Positions 35,394-43,820 of a stretch of 64,000 nt of DNA are shown here, one piece after another. A model generated the notes under the pieces. It ran no database searches and had not been told where the DNA came from. It saw only the letters and a program-made list of their open reading frames with translations. The stretch spans positions 4,753,414-4,817,413 of the forward strand of contig CP070695.1 of the NCBI GenBank assembly GCA_020353515.1, in the 5' to 3' direction. Positions within the stretch are counted from its first letter, which is position 1. The number at the start of each line of letters is the position of its first letter. A program made the position numbers and the translations under genes. The DNA comes from Candidatus Heimdallarchaeota archaeon (lineage in GTDB: Archaea > Asgardarchaeota > Heimdallarchaeia > Hodarchaeales > Hodarchaeaceae).

Positions 35394-36776
35394 TTATATT
35401 ACAATAGTTCCAATGAAAATTGGCCGCGATGTATCCTTCAGAGAATTCACAAGTAAATACTGGAAACGCAAGGGAGATTTGTTTGTAATATTCATAGATT
35501 TGACATCAAGGGAAATAGTAGAATTTGCATTAAGGACTATTGGATCAAAATTAATTTCGTTTTCAGTTCCATTTGATAATATCTTTAAAGCAGATGATAA
35601 TACGACTGGGATATCGGATTTATTCTCAATCTCAAAGATCTCATCATTATCAAGATTGAACTGTAGGATGTTAGCATACTGAAACTGTAAAGCTTCCTGA
35701 ATTGCTCTCATCTGCCCTGAAGAGAAATGAATTCGTTTTTGTTTCATGAAAGGAAGAGCTTTAGAGAATTGGCAATTTTTTATCCAATTATAAAATGAAA
35801 TTGAGAGGTGTTTAGAGAATTTTGGAGAAATCTGACAATTAAAATTGAAAGGTATCCCAAGTAAACATGCTAATATAAGAAAATCCAGATTCTGACTATT
35901 GGAAAACAATTGACAAAATAAATTGGGTAATTTTTGTCGTGAAGGATTTTTAAGAAGCTCTGATGGTAGATCCATTAACATAATAAATTCTTCTGTGTTC
36001 CATGGAAAATCATAGTATATTGTAACTTTTTTCAGGAGATTAAAAAAATTTAAAGGTTCTATTGAATCCCAGGAATCTAGTCTTCGAATTATTTTTAATG
36101 AATCTCGACCTTTCAAGAACGATTTTACTTCGAACTTGAATACAGGAAGAAGTTTAACAACCAAGGCTTCTGCTAAATCTTCATTTTGTCGAATTGATGG
36201 AGGTAAAAAGAAGAAAAGGGAATAGTAATGAAAAATTACTCCTAAATTCGGGCTTTGATATGGAACATAGATGAAATCTTTTGTAAAATTCGTACCGAAT
36301 ATTCCTTCAGCCTGTTGGAGAATACATTTTATTAAAGGACGTTGACGACGTTGACTTTTTGGAATTTTTAGCTTTTTAACTAATTGAACCCATATCTGTT
36401 TGAACTTTAGGTCAAGCTGATAATTTTGTTGAGCACGGGTGAGTTTCTTTTCAAGAGGAGGATAGCGAACTATTTTCTTTGATTTTGAATGAAGATCCTT
36501 TGACACCTCCTCTAAAGAGGAAAAATAGGATACCCCATGAAGCATATTACCTTCTGTACCAAAAAGATATAGGCGTACCTCCTTTTTCCAATGAATTATT
36601 ACCATATAGGAAAGACCTTCATCTGTGTTGATAACCAAGCTCGGTACACTTGGTAATCCTTTTTTGACAACTACATGTCTCTTTATGCGACGCAACTCTC
36701 CCCAATCAGCGCCCTTCTCTCTCACCTCTCGGCGCATAAATTTCATTAATTCTTTTTTTATTTCTCGGTGTACCAT
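35394..36776 (-). CDS. Hypothetical protein (460 aa)
   Basis: Long ORF with no recognised motifs. Confidence 0.7.
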   Translation of the reverse strand: MVHREIKKELMKFMRREVREKGADWGELRRIKRHVVVKKGLPSVPSLVINTDEGLSYMVIIHWKKEVRLYLFGTEGNMLHGVSYFSSLEEVSKDLHSKSKKIVRYPPLEKKLTRAQQNYQLDLKFKQIWVQLVKKLKIPKSQRRQRPLIKCILQQAEGIFGTNFTKDFIYVPYQSPNLGVIFHYYSLFFFLPPSIRQNEDLAEALVVKLLPVFKFEVKSFLKGRDSLKIIRRLDSWDSIEPLNFFNLLKKVTIYYDFPWNTEEFIMLMDLPSELLKNPSRQKLPNLFCQLFSNSQNLDFLILACLLGIPFNFNCQISPKFSKHLSISFYNWIKNCQFSKALPFMKQKRIHFSSGQMRAIQEALQFQYANILQFNLDNDEIFEIENKSDIPVVLSSALKILSNGTENEINFDPIVLNANSTISLDVKSMNITNKSPLRFQYLLVNSLKDTSRPIFIGTIVI

Positions 36777-36866
36777 CGCAAGTTTGATACTTTTCTCAGT
36801 ATTTAAACTTCTTCACTTAATTGGAAGAATATTTTTCAATGCCCCAAAGAAATATAATTAGTGTAT

Positions 36867-37193
36867 ATGACAAAACTAAGAATTCAATTATTTGGACAAT
36901 TAGGCTCAAATCTTGGTTCTGATATCGAGTTGGAATTTAGAAAGAAAGAACCAACACTCCGTGAGGTCATTAAAATCTTGATCAAAAAAGATCCTCAACT
37001 AAAACCTCTATTAAGAGGAAACAACTTAAAGCGTGGTATTATTCTCTTAGTCAATGGCCATATAGTTGACAGATCAGAATGGGGCCTAGACAAGAATCTT
37101 AGTACCCAAGACAGTGTAATTATCGATCAATTAGGATTTCTCCCGATTGTTGGTGGAGGTAACTTTTCTGAGAACAGGAGATTTTTGTCATGA
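36867..37193 (+). CDS. MoaD/ThiS/SAMP-like ubiquitin-fold protein with 10-aa extension after GGG
   Basis: IQLFG, TLREVI..L, ILLVNG and LPIVGGG followed by NFSENRRFLS; ATGA overlap with the next gene. Confidence 0.8.
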   Translation: MTKLRIQLFGQLGSNLGSDIELEFRKKEPTLREVIKILIKKDPQLKPLLRGNNLKRGIILLVNGHIVDRSEWGLDKNLSTQDSVIIDQLGFLPIVGGGNFSENRRFLS

Positions 37194-39559
37194 CAAAGTA
37201 TGTTGGACATTCAGTTCCAAGGAAGGATGCTTTTGAAAAGGTATCTGGTACTGCTGTTTATGCTTTTGATATTGATAACATTCCAAACATGCTTTACTGT
37301 AAATTCTTAACTTCTCCGCATGCTCATGCCCGAATTGTCTCCATTGACACTTCAAAGGCTGAGAAATTGTCTGGTGTCTCAACAGTTATTACAGGTAAAG
37401 ATTGGTTTGTAAAAATTGGATTATATGCTGGAGATCGAGATATTCTAGCTGTAGAGAAAGTTGTTTGGGTTGGTCAACCAGTAGTTGCCGTAGCAGCAAT
37501 ATCGGAGGCAATAGCCGCCAAAGCTTTAGAGCTTGTTCAGATAAAGTATGAAGTTCTATCATGTATTCTTGATCCTATTGAAGCAAAAAAATCATCAGAA
37601 ATATTAGTACATGAAAAAATGGCTGAATACGAGCATTCACCAGCATTTAATCCTGTTCCTGGTACTAATATTGCAAACCATTTTAAATTGCGCAAGGGTG
37701 ATATTGAGAAAGGATTTTCTCAGGCAGATTTTGTTATAGAAAACACTTATACTATGCCCCAAGTAGCTCATGCATACCTTGAACCACTTGTTTCAATCGG
37801 TCATTATCGAACAGATGGTACCATTGAAGTTTGGTCATCTGCGCAATCACCCTTCACAGTCAGATATCTACTTAGTGTCACGTTTGGTGTACCTATATCA
37901 AACATCACCGTCCATGCTCCTTTCCTCGGAGGAGGCTTTGGAGGTAAAGCAGGCTTAAATTTCGAACCTTTAGTCGTTTTACTCTCACGAAAAGCAGGTA
38001 ACCGACCAGTGAAACTTCGTTTGACTCGTGAAGAAAACTTTCGTAGCGCACCCATTAGAGTAGGAATGGTTGCTAATGTAAAAACGGGTATGAAATCAAA
38101 TGGTCGAATTCTCGCTGAAGAACTTGAGTACATCTGGGACTCTGGAGCATGTGCAGATTACGCGGTTAATGTAGGGCGTGCGGGTGGATATGTATCAATT
38201 GGTCCTTATGATATTGAAAATATAAAGTCCGATTCTTACACAATTTACACGAATAAACCGTATGCCACGGCGTTTCGTGGTTTTGGTCATATGGAGCTAC
38301 ATTGGGCGATTGAAAGACAACGTGATGCCATTGCGGTTTCACTAAAGATGGATCCAGTTGAATTTCGAAAAATTAATACCCTAAAACCTGGGAAATCACT
38401 AACAGCAAACCAAGATCGCCTTCGAGAGGATGCAGGAAATCTAGATCAATGTCTGGAGAAAGTTTGGAATGATTTAAAAGATAATCTTAAGGACTCTCCA
38501 ATCGAAAAACCATGGTTTTTCCGTGGAATCGGAATTGCAGGCTTTATGAAGGGGCCTGCTCAACCACCTAACAGTGCAGCATCAGCTTATGTCAAATTTA
38601 ATGAAGATGGAGGAATCATAGTCTCTGTTGGGACATCTGAGATGGGACAAGGGACAATTACGAGCCTTGCCCAAATAGCTGCTGAAGAACTTGGATTACC
38701 CATTGAAAAAGTCAAAATTAGAGGTGATCGCGATACAGATCGGGATGCTTATACATGGCAAACAGTGGGATCACGCTCTTTATTTATGGATGGAAATGCA
38801 GTTAGAAGAGCTTGTGAAGATGCAAGATCTCAGATTTTTGATATAGCAAGTCAAGTCTTGAATATTCCTTCAGAAGATTTAACACTTAAAAATGAATTAA
38901 TTTATCCAAAAGGGGAAAGATGGAAGCATTTGAGCTTGGCAGAAGTTGTTATGGGCTACATGTATCCTTCTGGTGAATCTATTGGAGGACCTGTTATTGG
39001 TAGAGGAAAATACATTGCTAAGATGACAATGCTAGATCCTGAAACAGGTGCAGGGAAACCAGCAATCTTTGATACATTTGGAGCTCAGGGAGCTGAAATC
39101 CAGATTAATGTATTAACGGGTGAAGTAATAGTTAAACGCCTAGTTTCAGCCTTTGATATTGGGAAAGCTATTAATCCTGGATTATGTGAAGGCCAAATAA
39201 TTGGAGGAGGTGTAATGGCTTTATCTATCGCATTGAATGAACAACTGCAATATAATGAGAAAGGTGAACTCCTTAATCCGAATCTTGTAGACTATATTAT
39301 TTCTCGTTCAGGGGATATCCCAAAAGAATTTGTTTCACACATTGTAGAAAATCCACAAGAAGATGGACCGTATGGCGCAAGAGGCATTGGTGAATTAACT
39401 ATGCTAGGTGTACCCGCTGCAATAGGTAATGCCATTTTTAATGCAATTGATGTCTGTATTAACGATTTACCTCTCACTCCTCAGAGAATTTGGTCTGAAA
39501 TTCAACAACAACGACCAGAACTCTTAATGTCTTTAAAAAAGAAAATTTTGGAGGATTAA
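37190..39559 (+). CDS. Xanthine dehydrogenase/aldehyde oxidoreductase family molybdopterin-binding large subunit
   Basis: KVSGTAVY, SPHAHARI, GGGFGGK, AFRGFG, EMGQG and GPYGARGIGE motifs; lacks the AYxCSFR loop of true aerobic CODH. Confidence 0.92.
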   Translation: MTKYVGHSVPRKDAFEKVSGTAVYAFDIDNIPNMLYCKFLTSPHAHARIVSIDTSKAEKLSGVSTVITGKDWFVKIGLYAGDRDILAVEKVVWVGQPVVAVAAISEAIAAKALELVQIKYEVLSCILDPIEAKKSSEILVHEKMAEYEHSPAFNPVPGTNIANHFKLRKGDIEKGFSQADFVIENTYTMPQVAHAYLEPLVSIGHYRTDGTIEVWSSAQSPFTVRYLLSVTFGVPISNITVHAPFLGGGFGGKAGLNFEPLVVLLSRKAGNRPVKLRLTREENFRSAPIRVGMVANVKTGMKSNGRILAEELEYIWDSGACADYAVNVGRAGGYVSIGPYDIENIKSDSYTIYTNKPYATAFRGFGHMELHWAIERQRDAIAVSLKMDPVEFRKINTLKPGKSLTANQDRLREDAGNLDQCLEKVWNDLKDNLKDSPIEKPWFFRGIGIAGFMKGPAQPPNSAASAYVKFNEDGGIIVSVGTSEMGQGTITSLAQIAAEELGLPIEKVKIRGDRDTDRDAYTWQTVGSRSLFMDGNAVRRACEDARSQIFDIASQVLNIPSEDLTLKNELIYPKGERWKHLSLAEVVMGYMYPSGESIGGPVIGRGKYIAKMTMLDPETGAGKPAIFDTFGAQGAEIQINVLTGEVIVKRLVSAFDIGKAINPGLCEGQIIGGGVMALSIALNEQLQYNEKGELLNPNLVDYIISRSGDIPKEFVSHIVENPQEDGPYGARGIGELTMLGVPAAIGNAIFNAIDVCINDLPLTPQRIWSEIQQQRPELLMSLKKKILED

Positions 39560-40422
39560 TGATGGTTGGAACTGTTTCATACGTGGATCTTCCCAAATTT
39601 AAGGTTGAAGTTCCTAATTCTATTGAGGATGCACTAGAGCTTCTTCATAATCACCAAGCCAACTGTAAAATTCTTGCTGGGGGAACAGATTTACTAGTAG
39701 ACCTAAGGCATCGCTTGATTCAGCCAAGTGTCGTTATTGATATAAAAAACATTTTAGAGTTGAAGAAGCTTGAATTTACTGAAAATGGACTACAAATTGG
39801 TGCAGCAGTGTCTATCTCAGAAGTTTTGAAGCTTCCACAATTAAAAACACACTATACCGCACTATATCAGGCCCTTAATGACATGTGTGATGAAATCTTA
39901 AGAAGTAGGGCAACGATAGCAGGGAATATTGCAACTGCCTCTCCAGCAGCTGATACTGCAGGCCCTCTATACGTCCATCAAGCAATTATTAGCGTTAAAT
40001 CTCATTCTAGAGGAAGTAGAATGATTCTAATTAATGATTTCTTCAAAGGAGTAAAGAAAAGTATTCTTGATCCAGATGAACTCATAGTTTCAATAACACT
40101 TCCTTCAATTTCCAAAGATACAAAATCTGCTTTTATAAAAATGAAGCGAGGAGTAGAAGATTTAGCATTAGTTGGAGTTACAGGAGCTCATAATCATCAA
40201 CATACCTTCTTAGCTTACACGGCTGTTGCTCCTACGCCTATTTTCCTTGATATTTCGATGTACATTACCAACAACAAAATTTCAGAGGATTTGTTCCAAT
40301 CAATCTGGAAAGATGTCTTAACAAAAATCAACCCAATTTCAGATGTACGTTCAAGTAAAGCCTATAGAATACATATTTCTGAAATATTGACTAGATTAGT
40401 TCTCAAGGAGATAATTGCATGA
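39559..40422 (+). CDS. Xanthine dehydrogenase family FAD-binding medium subunit
   Basis: AGGTDL, RATIAGNI..ASPAAD and ISDVRSS..YR motifs. Confidence 0.92.
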   Translation: MMVGTVSYVDLPKFKVEVPNSIEDALELLHNHQANCKILAGGTDLLVDLRHRLIQPSVVIDIKNILELKKLEFTENGLQIGAAVSISEVLKLPQLKTHYTALYQALNDMCDEILRSRATIAGNIATASPAADTAGPLYVHQAIISVKSHSRGSRMILINDFFKGVKKSILDPDELIVSITLPSISKDTKSAFIKMKRGVEDLALVGVTGAHNHQHTFLAYTAVAPTPIFLDISMYITNNKISEDLFQSIWKDVLTKINPISDVRSSKAYRIHISEILTRLVLKEIIA

Positions 40423-40886
40423 AAAGGCAAATATCTATTATTGTAAATGGGATATCCCACGAAATCCTAGTAAAATCTAATGAGACTCTTCTTGATGTAC
40501 TTCGTAATCACTTACACGTCACATCTATAAAAGCAGCTTGTTGGCAGGGTGATTGTGGGTTATGTACGATTTTATTTGATGGTGTGCCTGTAAAATCTTG
40601 TCTTGTACTGGCTCATGAAGCAGATCAAAAAAACTTGACAACAGTAGAAGGACTAATTATGTCTGGAAAACTATCAAAGTTACAAGAAGCTTTTATTCAG
40701 AACGGTGCTGTACAATGTGGATTTTGTACATCAGCGTTTCTCCTTATGGGTCATTACCTCCTAAATCAAACTAAATCACTTGAACGAGAAGAAGTTGAAC
40801 ACTTATTGAGTGGGATTATTTGCAGATGCACAGGCTATAAACAAATTATTGACTCGATCCTGACTGTTAGTTCAGATTTCACATAA
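40419..40886 (+). CDS. Xanthine dehydrogenase family [2Fe-2S] small subunit
   Basis: C.QGDCGLC, SC, QCGFCT and CRCTGY motifs. Confidence 0.93.
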   Translation: MKRQISIIVNGISHEILVKSNETLLDVLRNHLHVTSIKAACWQGDCGLCTILFDGVPVKSCLVLAHEADQKNLTTVEGLIMSGKLSKLQEAFIQNGAVQCGFCTSAFLLMGHYLLNQTKSLEREEVEHLLSGIICRCTGYKQIIDSILTVSSDFT

Positions 40887-40947
40887 TTTCTAAGGTCTAA
40901 TGGAACTCCCTGTTTTGCAAACAAAACACATTATTGTTGGTATATTG

Positions 40948-41880
40948 GTGAAAATAAAATCAAAATGCCTTTATTGTTTGTTTTTTCGTGCTAAAAAACA
41001 AATAGAAAGGTTAACAGTGAATGAAGAAATTCGTTATAATGCTTTAACAGGAGTTATTCAAATTATTGCTGACCATGTTGGTTTTAATGCTTCAAACAAC
41101 ATTTCTCATCCTCTTCGACTTTGTCCCAGCTATATCGGAACAAAAAGGGACAGATTTCTCCAAAAATTCTTTCAAGTAAACGATACTTACAAACCGGAAA
41201 AACAAAATCTGAAATCTCAAACAAGTATTTTGTGGAATATGGTTCAAAAGAAGATAAAACGAAAACATCCAGAAGAACAGTTAAAGCTAGCTTTAGCATC
41301 TGCTACTTCCGCTAATATAATTGAATATGATCTTTTGAACCAAAAAAATGGTTTTAATATAAGAAATCTTAAAACAATCATTAATTCAGCGGAAAAAAAA
41401 TGGGATAACCTTTCAATTAAACTCCTTCCTAGTTTAATTTCTGAAATAACAGAAGCGAATTCTATTCTTTACTTGACAGATAATGTTGGAGAAGTTATAT
41501 TTGATGCTCTCGTAATAGATCTTCTCATTCAGCAAGATAAAAAAGTAATTGTCGCAGGGAAGAGCGAACCTATTCTTAACGATGCTACTGTAATTGATTT
41601 ACAAGATCTTTGGGTGGAATTAAGAACTAATGACTCGCCAGAAATCATATCAATCGGTACCAATTCTGTAGGATTACTTATAGATGAAATTTCAGATGAA
41701 TTTCGTAAAATCCTGAGCAAAAGCGACTTAATTATAGCAAAAGGTATGGGACACTTCGAAACTCTCCCTGAGTATGAATGGAACCAATCAGTCTGGTGTC
41801 TCTTTAGAACAAAATGTGAACCTGTTGCTATTGAGGCGAAATCAGAAATTGATTTGAACTGCATCCGCAAAATATCTTAA
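40948..41880 (+). CDS. DUF89/ARMT1-like damage-control phosphatase
   Basis: CLYC N-terminus, YLTDNVGE..FD, PILNDAT, AKGMGHFETL and KC..VA motifs; probable GTG start at 40948. Confidence 0.85.
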   Translation: MKIKSKCLYCLFFRAKKQIERLTVNEEIRYNALTGVIQIIADHVGFNASNNISHPLRLCPSYIGTKRDRFLQKFFQVNDTYKPEKQNLKSQTSILWNMVQKKIKRKHPEEQLKLALASATSANIIEYDLLNQKNGFNIRNLKTIINSAEKKWDNLSIKLLPSLISEITEANSILYLTDNVGEVIFDALVIDLLIQQDKKVIVAGKSEPILNDATVIDLQDLWVELRTNDSPEIISIGTNSVGLLIDEISDEFRKILSKSDLIIAKGMGHFETLPEYEWNQSVWCLFRTKCEPVAIEAKSEIDLNCIRKIS

Positions 41881-41897
41881 GTCAGGAATCTTTGTAA

Positions 41898-42206
41898 ATG
41901 CCCCCTAAAGAGAGAAAAAGGACATTACACACTTCAGCAACCATTGCTGCCGCAGCATTCAATCTTCCAGTTATGGTTATTGCAGGAGTCATCATTGGAT
42001 ACCTCTTGTCGGTGAATCAGAATTCGCCTTTACGAGAGCTGATATTGATTGGAAGTCCCATCCTCTTCTTTGTTATAGCAATATTTGAGCTTTATTACGT
42101 AGTGAATAGGCAACAAATACAACGTTCTCATCCAAGATCTTCATTCAGCGACTTGGCTAAGCTTATCACTGAAGAGGGAGAACGAAAAGAAGAGGGAAAG
42201 GAATAA
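41898..42206 (+). CDS. Small two-TM protein, AtpZ/AtpI-like (tentative)
   Basis: Hydrophobic hairpin with G..IGY.L; lies next to ATPase subunit K. Confidence 0.45.
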   Translation: MPPKERKRTLHTSATIAAAAFNLPVMVIAGVIIGYLLSVNQNSPLRELILIGSPILFFVIAIFELYYVVNRQQIQRSHPRSSFSDLAKLITEEGERKEEGKE

Positions 42207-42250
42207 TACTGTACAACATATTCCTTTTTAATTGGTCATCTGTGGGAGCT

Positions 42251-42634
42251 TCAGGCACCTAGGACATCCGCCATCCTTAGATACAACATAAAAGCGATAA
42301 CGAAGCCAAAGACGCCAATACCTTCAATGAAAGCAATGAAGATAATAGTCCGACCAAATACTTCAGGGCGTTCAGCGATTGCACCAATAGCAGCGGAGCT
42401 TGCTGTCCCTAAGGCAAGTGCAGCACCTACACCTGCAAGCCCCATGGCTATCCCTGCTCCAATAGCTAATCCAAAGATCGCTTGCCCTTTATCTATCTCT
42501 TGGGCTGTGCCTTGAGTTGATTCAGGACTAGCTGTAACAGTTGTTACTGCCGTTGCCAGAATTAGAATGGCTAGTGCGAATAGGCCCATTCCGAGTTGAA
42601 GTTTAATGATTTGTTTCTTCTGCAGTGTGTTCAT
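42251..42634 (-). CDS. atpK: A/V-type ATP synthase subunit K (proteolipid c) with N-terminal leader helix
   Basis: IGAGIAMGLAGVGA, AERPE.FG and ion-carrying Glu in FIEGIG. Confidence 0.92.
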   Translation of the reverse strand: MNTLQKKQIIKLQLGMGLFALAILILATAVTTVTASPESTQGTAQEIDKGQAIFGLAIGAGIAMGLAGVGAALALGTASSAAIGAIAERPEVFGRTIIFIAFIEGIGVFGFVIAFMLYLRMADVLGA

Positions 42635-42693
42635 TTCAGTTTCACCAATGATTAAAATCTTTCATTTTGTACTTTCTAATTAATCAAATAAGA

Positions 42694-43776
42694 TTACTTG
42701 AAGTAGATTAATTGTTCTCGAGCAAACCTTATGTCTATTCCTTTCCATTTCGTTTCAAAGATTATTCGTAAGTTCTCTATTTCTTGCAAACGAAATTCAA
42801 TGTAAGCCAAAAATGTGCCGATGTGAAAAGGAAATCCAGCTAAACTGGTAAATAATGTCTGGATATACCATTCTTGTTGAAGTTGCTCAATTTTGACGAT
42901 AGATTTTTCTTTTTCTCTATAATCCCGATGAATTGCTTGAATTAAATCAGAATAATTAGTATTCTGTAATCTTTCAATAGCTTCAGAGAATGACGAAGCC
43001 TTTACAGCTTGAATTAAATTGTGACTTAATCTATAATTAATTGGTATTAATTGTGGTAGTATTTCATTAGGAGGAAAATTAAGTAATTTGCCTCTTAAAA
43101 TTAAAATAATATTTGTTAAATCGATCTTGATTCCAATAATCTTTTGCGTAACTTTTCGATCTCTCTTATCTTGAGATAATATTATATGATCCCATAAATA
43201 CTTGTAATAAAACTGGTCTACCGCATTTTCCAGTAATAAAACGTTTTCTTGTTTCTCATATTCAGATATAACCGATTCTAAAGCTTCTCTCACCCAAGGA
43301 GTTTGAAGTTTTTGAATTAGATCTATAATACTCTCACTCTTTGAAATAATGGATAATTCTGTTTTATCTTCTATAGTGGGGATATAAAAGTCTTCTAGCG
43401 AATATGATTCGAGTTCCTTTGTATGGATCTGACGTATCATCTGTTTAAGGACATCAATAAAATATTTCTTGAAATAGAACCGTATTAGTTTACGAGCTTT
43501 CTTGGGTATATCATTAAACAAGATATTCATTTCATTAAATATATTTTCATGGAGGATTCGTTCTAGTTTAATGGGAAAATCCGTAGATTTCAAATCTAAA
43601 TTAGAAAAAGACTCTAGATATCGTGCTTTGTCTCGAAGGTAGGTTAAACCTTCAAATAATGAAATTGATAGTAGCTGTTCATAATCTGCAGCAGTTAATA
43701 ATTGTCCTTTACGTGCTTTGATACGGGCATTTACAAATGCATATGCCTTTGCTTCAGACACCTGCCCAAATTTCAT
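42694..43776 (-). CDS. atpC: A/V-type ATP synthase subunit C (d)
   Basis: YAFVNARIKAR..LL, ID..NI..ILR and EIENLRII motifs; lies between subunits I and K. Confidence 0.85.
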   Translation of the reverse strand: MKFGQVSEAKAYAFVNARIKARKGQLLTAADYEQLLSISLFEGLTYLRDKARYLESFSNLDLKSTDFPIKLERILHENIFNEMNILFNDIPKKARKLIRFYFKKYFIDVLKQMIRQIHTKELESYSLEDFYIPTIEDKTELSIISKSESIIDLIQKLQTPWVREALESVISEYEKQENVLLLENAVDQFYYKYLWDHIILSQDKRDRKVTQKIIGIKIDLTNIILILRGKLLNFPPNEILPQLIPINYRLSHNLIQAVKASSFSEAIERLQNTNYSDLIQAIHRDYREKEKSIVKIEQLQQEWYIQTLFTSLAGFPFHIGTFLAYIEFRLQEIENLRIIFETKWKGIDIRFAREQLIYFK

Positions 43777-43820
43777 TTTTCTGCACTCAATTTTCACAAA
43801 CAGCAATAATAGACATATAT

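Noticed and set aside
37190-39559. Aerobic CO dehydrogenase (coxL form I)
   Set aside because: Active-site loop is AFRGFG, not AYxCSFR.
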